Shown piece after piece: positions 43,613 to 53,818 of a stretch of 64,000 nucleotides of DNA; within the stretch, counting starts at the first letter, position 1, and each line of letters begins with the position of its first letter. A program made the position numbers and the translations under genes. The stretch covers positions 71,422 to 135,421 of the forward strand of contig CAVWZV010000005.1 of assembly GCA_963759555.1 (NCBI GenBank). Reading direction: 5' to 3'. Source of the DNA: an uncultured Chitinophagaceae bacterium. Its GTDB lineage: Bacteria; Bacteroidota; Bacteroidia; Chitinophagales; Chitinophagaceae. The notes under the pieces were generated by a model, which saw only the letters and a program-made list of their open reading frames with translations, was not told the DNA's origin and did not search any database.

Positions 43613-45134
43613 TTATAGAAGTTTTTCGCGCAGTAAGGGCATGCTCATACAATGCGGTCCGCCACGTGCTCTTGATAATTCGGCTGATGGTAAAAGTATC
43701 AATGTATTTTCAAGGCTCTGCGGGTTTAAGCCTTCATCGAATTTTTTAAATAATTCTGCTGTTGTAATTATATTAAACCCCGCTTTCTTAAATGCATTTG
43801 CAGTGTAATCGTTTCTGTCATATCCAACTATAACACCTTCTTTCAAAGCAACAACATTACAACTGTCTGTCCATTGCTCCCTGTCGTCATATGGAAATTC
43901 ATTGCCACCACTATAAATAATTTCAACATCTTCTGGCTTGCAATTGATAATCTTCAATGCTTATTTGTTTTAATAATTCTTCTATGCCATTAAATTTCTT
44001 TGTTACACTGTAATCCTTTTCGGGTGCATAATTTTCGTTTGAAGATTTATAAAATTGTAAAACTTCCGGTTCTTCAATTGCTATAAGATCCGGTTGATGC
44101 ATCAGCCTGCGCAGGTATGATTGTTTTACCTTATTTTCTGTAGCAAGTATATATTCAGAATAACGGCCATACAAAACCCACATATTACGTTTTACCTGTG
44201 TGAAAATTGTATCGATATGCATTTGCGCACGGTTCTTTGCAATCTTTATAACTGATATTTTTTCAAGGCCCAATTTTTCGTTTGAAAAGATAGTGTGGAT
44301 AATTTCATTGATTGCGTTTGATGAAGTTCGCTCACTGCAACCAACAATTAAATGCTGCGGATGAATCATCATGATATCGCCGCCTTCAATACTTATAAAT
44401 CTTGCCTTACGTTCCAACTCCTCATACAAAAAGAAATCGCTGTCTTCAATCACTTCAATTACTTTGGAAGTATCTTCCTTAAACAAAAAATACAATGCAA
44501 GAAATTTTGTAATGAGTGATTCGCGCTTTCTTGCCGTGGTTGCCATACGGCTTAATAAAATATGATCTTTGATCATAATGCCGATATCCCGCGTAAATAT
44601 AAAATTTGGAATTGGCGGAAAAATATACTGATCTTCTGCAAGATTACTTGCTGATTTTGGCAAAATGCCACTGATTAAAATCTTTGCCAGCAATGCAGGA
44701 TCATCTATTGCTTCAAGCTGTTGTTGAATTTTGTGGCTTGATTCCTCGTAAGAACAAACCGCTGAAATCAGCCGCAGTTTTACATTTTCTTCTTTCACAA
44801 TTTGCTCTAACAAATGCTGAACTTCTAAAACCTTATCAGAATTAAAATATTCTTTTTTACCTGGAATAAAACAATTGGCTTTTGTTGCGGGCTTTGAAGC
44901 CTGGCATTGTTTTATATAACTTATTTTATCCGGATCTAAAAAATACAAGAGCAGTTGAACATAATGGTTATACTCTTTCTGCATACTTTTTAAATGCACA
45001 ATGTCGTCGTATAAATTATCCGAAAACGTTCCGGGAATTATTTTGCCGATGCCGCCATCGGGGCTATGAATAATTATTTTTCGCAGCGTACCAAGCTCAG
45101 ATTCTACATACAGTTGTTTATTGTTAGAAGACAT
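43613..45134 (-). CDS. arcA: Arginine deiminase family protein; frameshift near 43945
   Basis: VESELGTLR, PNFIFTRD, IEGGD, MHIDTIFT, EQWTDSCN, ELSRARGGPHCMSMP. Confidence 0.85.
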
Positions 45135-45247
45135 AAAATTATTTTTGAATAAGAAATAAAAACCACTTGACACAATGCAGGTACTTAAAGCAATTTGGGA
45201 ATGCTTAGATGAGATTTAAAAAAATAGCAAGCAATTGATCGTTTGTA

Positions 45248-45955
45248 TTATGCTTCGTCATAAGAAGCCTGCAAGGTACAAATTTTTGCTTCAAGATTTT
45301 TGTCAAAGCCTTTAACAGTAATAATTCTGAAACGTACAAATAGCTCTTCTTTATACCATTTCTCGCTGCGTGTTTTTTTTATCACCGCTGTATGTTGCTG
45401 CATATTATAGGCGAACGCTTTCATGCTTTCTTTGTTTTGCCAAACACTAAATGTTGCCTGTTTAATCCAGGGTATTTCTCCAATGCCATAAGATAAAATA
45501 AAACCTTGCGATGTTTTCATTTTATCCGCAACCGCTTTAACATTTTGCCAGAAATTTTTTAACCGGTTAGTACGAATTGTTGCCCGCGTAAGAACCGCAA
45601 CGGGGCCATCATAATTATTTTGTTTTGGCAATTCCCCGAAAATTTTTTTTCCATCCCATAGACCGTGGCCTTCAAGCGGCTGCATAATAAATTGCTTTAA
45701 ATCGCACTTAAATATTTTAAAATAGTTCTTTATAAAAGATGGAATATGTGTTGAAGATTCATGCGTCGTATATAACAAAGCCCATTGATTGAAATCAGGT
45801 TTAACATCAAATGTTCCATTTTTACCACTGCCCATTAATTTCCAAAATATTATTTTTTTATCCAGCAGCAGCGGCAGCCGAAAAATCATCATTGAAATAA
45901 AACCAAAAACGCCAAGGTATTTAGGATAGCGTGCTATGATAAGTGTACAATACAT
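45248..45955 (-). CDS. Spheroidene monooxygenase (CrtA)-like protein
   Basis: FWKLMGSG, GHGLWDG, AVLTRATIR, GIGEIP..QATFSVW, WYKEELFVRF. Confidence 0.75.
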   Translation of the reverse strand: MYCTLIIARYPKYLGVFGFISMMIFRLPLLLDKKIIFWKLMGSGKNGTFDVKPDFNQWALLYTTHESSTHIPSFIKNYFKIFKCDLKQFIMQPLEGHGLWDGKKIFGELPKQNNYDGPVAVLTRATIRTNRLKNFWQNVKAVADKMKTSQGFILSYGIGEIPWIKQATFSVWQNKESMKAFAYNMQQHTAVIKKTRSEKWYKEELFVRFRIITVKGFDKNLEAKICTLQASYDEA

Positions 45956-45956
45956 T

Positions 45957-46601
45957 CTATTTATTCTTTGTTGCCAAAAAAATAATTGCGCATAATATCA
46001 GCGTAATTATAACTGCCAGTATTATTTTGTATTTTTCCCAGCGCTCTTTTTTTGATTGTTGTTTTATAACAGTATTTAACTGTTGCTGCAACCAGCTATG
46101 TCTAATAAATAAAGGTTCCATAACCTGGTGTAGATTTTTTAGCTGTGAAGATGTAAGCAAACGGCTGCACCAAACTATAACTTCTAAAAATTCTTTTTGT
46201 TGTATTTCGTTTGTGTTAAGCAACGCCGCAACATCATTCGGTAAAATTTGTTTTATAGAATATATTAATGCGTCGCTGTTAAAGCGAAAAGGATTTATAT
46301 TGATAACCTGTTTTTTTAAATGTATTGCTTTGTTTAATAAAGTTTCAATTGTTTCAGCGGGTTTGGAATATTCGCCCGCTGCTGTGTAATTGCGCTGATT
46401 ATTATATTTTTTCCGGGCTGAGGGATTTCCTAAAACCGAATATGCTTCTGCTATTTCACTAAACACAGCGGCTGACAAATCATCTTTCGGATTGCGGTCA
46501 GGATGATATTTCATTGCCAGCTTTCTGTAAGATTGCTTGATGATGGCTGCAGGTGCATCGGGTTTAATGTTGAGTATTTTATAGTAATCTTTTATTGCCA
46601 T
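45957..46601 (-). CDS. DnaJ-domain protein with C-terminal TM anchor
   Basis: KDYYKIL, YRKLAMKYHPDRN, AEAYSVL. Confidence 0.88.
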   Translation of the reverse strand: MAIKDYYKILNIKPDAPAAIIKQSYRKLAMKYHPDRNPKDDLSAAVFSEIAEAYSVLGNPSARKKYNNQRNYTAAGEYSKPAETIETLLNKAIHLKKQVININPFRFNSDALIYSIKQILPNDVAALLNTNEIQQKEFLEVIVWCSRLLTSSQLKNLHQVMEPLFIRHSWLQQQLNTVIKQQSKKERWEKYKIILAVIITLILCAIIFLATKNK

Positions 46602-46663
46602 GTAACAAAGCGAATGTAGCGTGTTATCATATTTATTAACTTCATTTGTAAATATCTTACCCC

Positions 46664-47389
46664 ATGAAAAAAACATTTTTATTTCTGTTAAGTGTATGTT
46701 TTTGTTGTTTAGGTTTTGCAGAACAACCCAAAGTGTTGGTATTTTCTAAAATAACATTTTACTACCATGAATCTATTCCGGATGGTGTTGCTGCGATCCA
46801 GGGTTTAGGTAAACAGATGGGTTTTGATGTTGACACAACCACCGATGCTTCAAAGTTTACAGATAATAATTTAAAACAATATGCGGCTATCATCTTTCTA
46901 AGTACATCAGATACTTCAGGCGCATTATTAAATGATGCGCAGCAGGACGCATTAAAACATTTTATTGAAAGTGGTAAAGGTTATGTTGGCATTCATGCAG
47001 CAGCAGATGCTGAATATCAATGGCCCTGGTATAATCACCTGGTAGGCGCATATTTTAAAAGCCATCCAAAACAGCAGGAAGCAGAAATACATGTTGCAGA
47101 CAGTAATTTTATCGCAACACAAACACTGCCTTCATCCTGGAAGAAGTTTGACGAATGGTACAATTTTAAAGAGACACATTGGGATGAGGTGCATGTGTTG
47201 TTAACGGTTGATGAAAAAAGTTATACCGGCGGTGAAAACGACGGCTACCATCCGGTATGCTGGTATCATAATTATGACGGTGGCCGATCGTTCTATCTCG
47301 CATTAGGGCATACAAAAGAGTCTTACAGCGATTCTTTATTCTTAAAAATATTATCAGGTGGAATTAAATATGCAATTGGTGAAAAATAA
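46664..47389 (+). CDS. ThuA domain (glutamine amidotransferase-like) secreted protein
   Basis: VLVFSK, HESI, GIHAA, DEWYNF, GGRSFYLALGH. Confidence 0.85.
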   Translation: MKKTFLFLLSVCFCCLGFAEQPKVLVFSKITFYYHESIPDGVAAIQGLGKQMGFDVDTTTDASKFTDNNLKQYAAIIFLSTSDTSGALLNDAQQDALKHFIESGKGYVGIHAAADAEYQWPWYNHLVGAYFKSHPKQQEAEIHVADSNFIATQTLPSSWKKFDEWYNFKETHWDEVHVLLTVDEKSYTGGENDGYHPVCWYHNYDGGRSFYLALGHTKESYSDSLFLKILSGGIKYAIGEK

Positions 47390-47565
47390 AAGTTTTATTG
47401 ACCGGCATAACAACCCGGCCAAAAATTTAAACACAAAAAATTTTTCGGCTGAGAATGCGTATCAAAATTTAGTACTGAAAAAAAACTCCTTATTTTTGGC
47501 TCGAGCGAGAAACATTAATGCGATGTTATCATTAAACATTCAGCATTAAACCTCGGTTGCAAATA

Positions 47566-48567
47566 ATGTCAGAAAAAATTACCAAAATCGGTGTGCTTAC
47601 CTCGGGGGGTGATTCACCCGGCATGAATGCCGCAATACGTGCGGTTGTAAGAACTGCAATATTCAGGGAACTGGAAGTGTTTGGCGTTATGCGTGGCTAT
47701 AACGGCATGATTGAAGATGATATTTATCAAATGAATTCGCGGTCTGTTGCCAACATAATTCAGCGCGGAGGAACTATTTTAAAAACTGCCCGCAGCAAAG
47801 ATTTTTATAGCGAAGAAGGCCGTAAACGTGCTTATGATAATTTAAAAAAGCGCGGTATTGACGGGCTGGTTGTAATTGGCGGTGACGGAAGTTTTACCGG
47901 TGCATATAAATTAAGTAAAGAATTTGGGATACCGTGCACAGGTATTCCCGGAACAATTGATAAAGATTTATATGGAACCGATTTTACAATTGGTTTTGAC
48001 ACTGCGGTGAATACTGCAGTGGAGGCGATTGATAAAATTAGAGATACTGCAGATTCTCATGATCGTTTGTTTATTGTTGAAGTTATGGGCCGCCATGCCG
48101 GTTATATTGCTTTACATAGCGGCGTGGCTACCGGGGCAGAAAATATTTTAATGCCTGAAGTAAATACTACTTTAGACGAAATGATCGCCTCGCTTACCGA
48201 ATCAGAAAAAAGAAAAAAACTTGTAAACCTTGTTGTAGTGGCAGAAGGTTACCGGCCCGATCCCAACTCAGAAGCAAAAGGTGCTTATGAAGTTGCACGA
48301 TTGGTTGAAGAAAAAACAAAAGGCTTCGAAACGAGAGTAACTATTCTGGGGCATATTCAAAGAGGCGGCCCTCCCTCATGTATTGATCGTTTCATCGCAA
48401 GCCGCATGGGATATCATGCCGTACAGTGCTTAATAGAGGGCAGGCACAATGTAATGGTTGGAATTTTGCATAATAATATGCATTATACACCACTTGAAAT
48501 TGCTATTCGTGAAAAACAAAAAATTGGAGATGACTGGCTGAATATTGTTAAGATATTGGCGAGTTAA
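47566..48567 (+). CDS. pfkA: 6-phosphofructokinase
   Basis: TSGGDSPGMN, GGDGS, PGTIDKD, EVMGRHAG, LGHIQRGG; TATTTTTG -7 element at 47491. Confidence 0.96.
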   Translation: MSEKITKIGVLTSGGDSPGMNAAIRAVVRTAIFRELEVFGVMRGYNGMIEDDIYQMNSRSVANIIQRGGTILKTARSKDFYSEEGRKRAYDNLKKRGIDGLVVIGGDGSFTGAYKLSKEFGIPCTGIPGTIDKDLYGTDFTIGFDTAVNTAVEAIDKIRDTADSHDRLFIVEVMGRHAGYIALHSGVATGAENILMPEVNTTLDEMIASLTESEKRKKLVNLVVVAEGYRPDPNSEAKGAYEVARLVEEKTKGFETRVTILGHIQRGGPPSCIDRFIASRMGYHAVQCLIEGRHNVMVGILHNNMHYTPLEIAIREKQKIGDDWLNIVKILAS

Positions 48568-48602
48568 TCTTCATCTTCTAACATTAAACATTAAACTTTC
48601 AC

Positions 48603-50096
48603 ATGTCAGATGGCATAGAGAAATATTTGCATAAAGAAATGGATAAGCAGGCGGGAATTGAACACACTTTTCACCGCACAAAAATTGTGGCCACTGTTGG
48701 CCCTGCCTGCAATACATATGAAAAGCTTTTGGAACTTGTGAAGGCTGGTGTAAATGTGTTCCGGTTAAATTTTTCCCACGGCACGCACGAAGATAAAGCC
48801 AACATCATTCAAATGATAAACCGCATGAATGATGAAGAGCCCTATAATGTTTCCATTCTTGCAGATTTACAAGGGCCAAAACTAAGAGTAGGTGACATTC
48901 AAAATGGCCTGCTTGAAATTAATAATGCCGACATTCTCACTTTTACTTCAAAAGAAAAAGTACTGGGCACGAAAGAAAAAATTTATGTGTCTTATCCCAA
49001 CCTGCATCAGGATGTAAAAGTGGGAGATAAGATTTTAATCGATGATGGAAAGATCGAAGTAGTGGTAATTGAAATTACAGCAGGAGAGGAGGTAAAGGTT
49101 GTTGTTACTTACGGCGGAATTTTGTTACCCAAAAAAGGCGTTAATCTGCCCGATACAGAAATTTCTTTACCTGCACTTACCGAAAAAGATTTACTGGATC
49201 TTGATTTCATTATTGAACAGAAAGTAGATTGGATTGCGCTTTCTTTTGTAAGAAAAGCTGAGGATATAATTGATTTAAAACAACGGCTTGCAGAAAAAAA
49301 TTGTACCAGTAAAGTAATTGCAAAAATTGAAATGCCTTCTGCATTAAAAGATTTGCGCAATATTATTCTGGAGTCTGATGCCGTAATGGTTGCGCGTGGT
49401 GACTTAGGTGTAGAATTGCCTGTAGAAAAAGTTCCGATGGCACAACGTGATATTATCCGTAAAAGTATTCACCGCGCCAGGCCGGTTATTGTTGCAACAC
49501 AAATGATGGAAAGCATGATTGATCATGTAAAACCAAACAGAAGTGAGATTACAGACGTTGCCAATGCTGTATTGGAAGGTGCAGATGCAGTAATGCTGAG
49601 TGCAGAAACCGCAACCGGCAAACATCCGGCGCTGGTTGTTGAAACCATGCGCAGAATTATTCTTGAAGTGGAAAAAACAGAATATCGTTATAACCGTGAA
49701 GATGATTTAAAGCCGCTTGCACATTCTCCATCTTTTTTAAGCGATGCTATTTGTTATAATGCGTGTAAAATTGCAAGAGATGTAAGTGCAGATGCATTAA
49801 TCGGAATGACACAAAGCGGATATACCGCATTTATGTTAAGCAGTTACAGGCCACAATCTCCTTTGTATATTTTTACCAAAGCAAAAACGCTGGTTAACCA
49901 GCTTAGCTTAAGCTGGGGCGTAAGAGCATTTTATTATGATGAAGAAATAAGTTTGGATGACATAATTTTTGACCAGATAAATATTTTAAAAGAACGTGGC
50001 TTTATAAAAATGGGTGATGTGGTTATAAATACAGGGAGTACGCCTGTGCCGTTACATCTGCCAACAAATGTTTTAAAAATTACAAAAGTCGAATAA
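48603..50096 (+). CDS. pyk: Pyruvate kinase
   Basis: TKIVATVGPA, RLNFSHG, DLQGPKLR, MVARGDLG, ATQMMESM, VMLSAET. Confidence 0.96.
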   Translation: MSDGIEKYLHKEMDKQAGIEHTFHRTKIVATVGPACNTYEKLLELVKAGVNVFRLNFSHGTHEDKANIIQMINRMNDEEPYNVSILADLQGPKLRVGDIQNGLLEINNADILTFTSKEKVLGTKEKIYVSYPNLHQDVKVGDKILIDDGKIEVVVIEITAGEEVKVVVTYGGILLPKKGVNLPDTEISLPALTEKDLLDLDFIIEQKVDWIALSFVRKAEDIIDLKQRLAEKNCTSKVIAKIEMPSALKDLRNIILESDAVMVARGDLGVELPVEKVPMAQRDIIRKSIHRARPVIVATQMMESMIDHVKPNRSEITDVANAVLEGADAVMLSAETATGKHPALVVETMRRIILEVEKTEYRYNREDDLKPLAHSPSFLSDAICYNACKIARDVSADALIGMTQSGYTAFMLSSYRPQSPLYIFTKAKTLVNQLSLSWGVRAFYYDEEISLDDIIFDQINILKERGFIKMGDVVINTGSTPVPLHLPTNVLKITKVE

Positions 50097-50101
50097 CGCT
50101 C

Positions 50102-50127
50102 TCCCGCAAAAAAGCGGGAATTTTTTT
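50102..50127 (+). terminator. Intrinsic terminator after pyk
   Basis: TCCCGC-AAAAAA-GCGGGA followed by a T-tract. Confidence 0.75.
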
Positions 50128-50168
50128 GCATACATTTTATATTTATATTAATGGATTAAAACTGTTGC

Positions 50169-52073
50169 ATGAAAAAAATATTTACCTGTTTGTGTTTGCT
50201 TGTGTTTGTTAAGTTAACTGCGCAAAATGCAGATTCCACCTGGATTATAAATAACTATACAAAAAAAGAGGTCTACATTCCTATGCGGGACGGAATAAAG
50301 CTTTTCACCGCAGTATATATTCCAAAAGATACAACCGCAGCGCATCCGATTCTGATGACAAGAACGCCATATTCATGTGCGCCTTACGGCGAAAAAAATT
50401 TCAGTTCATATTTATGGAACACTTATACAAAAGAATATTTGCAAGAAGGTTTTATAATGGTTGCGCAGGATGTGCGTGGCAGATGGATGAGTGAAGATGA
50501 CTTTGTAAACGTTCGTCCTTTCAATCCAAATAAAAAAAATAAAGAAACTGATGAAGCCAGCGATACATATGATGCAATTGACTGGCTCGTAAAAAATATT
50601 CCGCACAACAATGGAAAGGTTGGTGTGTATGGAATTTCTTACCCCGGTTTTTTTTCAACGATGGCTGCAGCAAGTAATCATCCCGCATTAAAAGCAGTAA
50701 GCCCGCAGGCGCCTGTTACCAATTGGTTTATTGGTGATGACTTTCATCACAACGGCGCATTTTTTCAAATGGATGCATTTGATTTTTATTCTGCATTAGG
50801 TACAGGATTTGGCCAGCCACATCTGCACCCAACAAATATTGATGCACGTTCTGTTGGTTATCCTAATCATGATAATTATAAATTTTATCTGGAAAAGGGC
50901 AGCTTAAAAAATCTTACAAAACTTACAGGCGATACGATTGCATTTTGGAAAGATTTAATGAGTCATCCGAATTATGATACATGGTGGAAAGCACGTGATG
51001 CGCGCAACGCAACAAAAAATTTGCAGCCCGCTATGCTTTGGGTTGGCGGTTTGTTTGATGCGGAAGATTGCTGGGGCGCATGGAACAGTTATAAAGCCGC
51101 TGAAGAAAATAATCCGGGTAAAGCATTTAATAAGATTGTTGAAGGTCCGTGGTATCACAGCCAGTGGGCAAGTAATGATGGCGGTCATCTTGGTAATATT
51201 CACTTCGGTTCTAATACAGCAGATTATTATCAGCAGCATTTTGAAATTCCTTTCTTTAATTATTTTTTATTGGGGAAAGGAAGCATTGATGATATTGCTG
51301 AAGCAAATATTTTTGTTACGGGCGAAAATAAATGGCAATCGTTTAAAAAGTGGCCGCCGGCAAACTAAAGAAGACAAAGCAATGTATTTGCAGGATAGAT
51401 GGAAAACTGGATTGGAATAAACCGGCCTCACAAAAAAAGTTTTAGTGAATATGTAAGCGATCAGGCGCATCCTGTTCCGTATGAAGACGGGATTCAGTTT
51501 AACAGGTCAAGAACTTATATGGATGCCGACCAGCGTTTTGCGGAACGCAGGCCAGACGTATTAACTTTTAAAACAGATACACTAACAGAAGACGTAACGC
51601 TTGGCGGGAATATAATTGCAGATTTATTTACAGGTATATCAACAACAGATGCTGATTTTGTTGTAAAAGTTATTGATGTATTTCCGGAGAACGAAGGCTA
51701 TAATGATGTAGATATTTATGCAGAACAAGATGCTCCAAATATTTACCCGATGGGCGGTTATGAAATGCTGGTGCGTGCAGAAATTTTTCGTGGCAGGTAT
51801 AGAAACGGCTATGAGAATCCAACAGCATTTACACCAAATAAAATTGAAGAGGTAAAATTTGAATTGCCTTCAATTGCACATTGCTTTAAAAAAGGTCATC
51901 GCATAATGGTGCAAATACAAAGTAGTTGGTTTCCTTTGGCAGACAGAAATCCGCAACAGTTTATTGATATTTATCATTGCAGTGAAAAAGATTTTATAAA
52001 AAGCGATATAAAGATTTATCATGATGCTGAACATGCATCAAAAATTATTTTACCCGTTTTAAATAGTCAATAA
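50169..52073 (+). CDS. CocE/NonD family hydrolase; frameshifts near 51360-51410
   Basis: PMRDGIKL, RTPY, QDVRGR, GISYPG nucleophile, GPWYH; C-terminal DQRFA, GHRIMVQIQSSWFP. Confidence 0.88.
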
Positions 52074-53707
52074 TGAAAAATATTTTGTTAGGTGTTTTTT
52101 TAGTTTTAGCAACAACCTGTTTTGCACAACAGTCGCTCAATATTATTCCCGAACCTGCAAAGGTTGAAGTAAAACAGGGCACATTTGCAATTACACCATC
52201 AACAAAAATAATTGTAGAAGCTTCCGGCGTTAATAATAGCGTAAGCTTTTTTAATGACTATCTAAAGAAATTCTATGGTTTTGAGTTAAAAACGTCAAAG
52301 AATAAGGCTGATAATAAAAATGCGATTGAATTAAATTTCGACAGACTTGATAATTCAATTCCCGGTGCTTATGAATTGAACGTTGATAATAATAAAATTT
52401 ACATTGGCGGCAACGATGAACAAGGCGTTTTTTATGGCATCCAAACATTAATACAATTATTACCGGTAGAAAAATCAAGCAACTTAAATGTTCCGCAATG
52501 CACTATTAATGATTCACCACGCTTTGCTTATCGTGGTTTGCATTTAGATTGTGGCCGCCATTTTTTCCCGGTTGATTTTATCAAGCAGTACATTGATTTC
52601 ATCGCCATGCACAAGATGAATACTTTTCACTGGCACTTAACTGAAGACCAGGGCTGGCGCATCGAAATAAAAAAATATCCAAAGCTTACACAAGTTGGTG
52701 CGTGCAGAAACGGAACAATCATCGGCCATCACCCCGGCACTGGAAATGATAATACAAAAGATTGCGGTTACTACACACAAGCGCAAATAAAAGATATTGT
52801 AAAATATGCTGCGGATCGTTACATAATAATTATTCCGGAAATAGAAATGCCCGGGCATGCATCTGCGGCAATTGCTGCATATCCACAGTTAAGTTGCTTT
52901 CCTGATTCATCAACAAAAATTGCAAAAGGTGTTACATGGAGCGGTGATTCAACAGGAAAACAGGTGCAGCAAAGCTGGGGCGTTTATCCTGATGTATTCG
53001 CACCAACTGATTATACGTTTAAATTTTTGAAAAATGTTTTAGAAGAAGTGATGCAGTTGTTTCCTTCAAAATATATTCATATCGGTGGCGATGAGTGCCC
53101 AAAAATTTATTGGAAGGAATCAGCTTTTTGTCAGCAATTAATTAAAGACAGCGGCTTAAAAAACGAAGAAGGATTACAAAGTTATTTTATAAGAAAGATA
53201 GAAAGATATCTTAACAGCAAAGGCCGTTCAATAATTGGTTGGGATGAAATTTTAGAAGGTGGTGTTGCACCCAATGCAACTGTAATGAGCTGGCGGGGCG
53301 AACAAGGTGGTATTGAGGCAGCGCAACAACATCATTCCGTGATAATGACGCCGACCACTTATGTTTATTTTGATTATTCGCAAACAAAACATAACGACAG
53401 TTTGGTTATTGGCGGTTATTTACCGCTTGAAACAGTATATAAGTATGAACCGTTGCCGAAAGAATTATCACCTGAAGAACAAAAATATATAATAGGAGCG
53501 CAGGCAAATGTTTGGAGTGAATATATGAGTAACCCTGCGAAAGTTGAGTACATGTTATTTCCACGGCTGGATGCTTTGAGTGAAGTTTTATGGAGCCCGA
53601 AAGACAGCAGGGATTGGGACGATTTCAAAAATCGGTTACCGCAACAATATAAACGATATGATCTTTGGCAGGTTCGGTACAATACAAAAGGTATTGATAA
53701 AGAATAA
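52073..53707 (+). CDS. GH20 beta-N-acetylhexosaminidase
   Basis: PRFAYRGLHLD, HWHLTEDQGWR, PEIEMPGH, HIGGDE, GWDE, WSEY. Confidence 0.93.
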   Translation: MKNILLGVFLVLATTCFAQQSLNIIPEPAKVEVKQGTFAITPSTKIIVEASGVNNSVSFFNDYLKKFYGFELKTSKNKADNKNAIELNFDRLDNSIPGAYELNVDNNKIYIGGNDEQGVFYGIQTLIQLLPVEKSSNLNVPQCTINDSPRFAYRGLHLDCGRHFFPVDFIKQYIDFIAMHKMNTFHWHLTEDQGWRIEIKKYPKLTQVGACRNGTIIGHHPGTGNDNTKDCGYYTQAQIKDIVKYAADRYIIIIPEIEMPGHASAAIAAYPQLSCFPDSSTKIAKGVTWSGDSTGKQVQQSWGVYPDVFAPTDYTFKFLKNVLEEVMQLFPSKYIHIGGDECPKIYWKESAFCQQLIKDSGLKNEEGLQSYFIRKIERYLNSKGRSIIGWDEILEGGVAPNATVMSWRGEQGGIEAAQQHHSVIMTPTTYVYFDYSQTKHNDSLVIGGYLPLETVYKYEPLPKELSPEEQKYIIGAQANVWSEYMSNPAKVEYMLFPRLDALSEVLWSPKDSRDWDDFKNRLPQQYKRYDLWQVRYNTKGIDKE

Positions 53708-53818
53708 TCAGGTTGCAAAATGCAAGTTCAGGATTCCAGGTTTTAGTTACTTGCAACCAGCATGTGGCAAACGGCAACAACAATCAATAAACAATACACA
53801 ATAATCAATAATTAAAAC

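Noticed and set aside
42707-45134. Arginine deiminase without arcB/arcC as a novelty
   Set aside because: Pairing of arginine deiminase with CtlX is an already described arrangement
53708-53818. Degenerate 7-bp repeats (AATCAAT/AAACAAT/ACACAAT), with similar CATTAAA repeats before pfkA and pyk
   Set aside because: Short low-complexity intergenic heptamers; no specific function can be supported from the sequence
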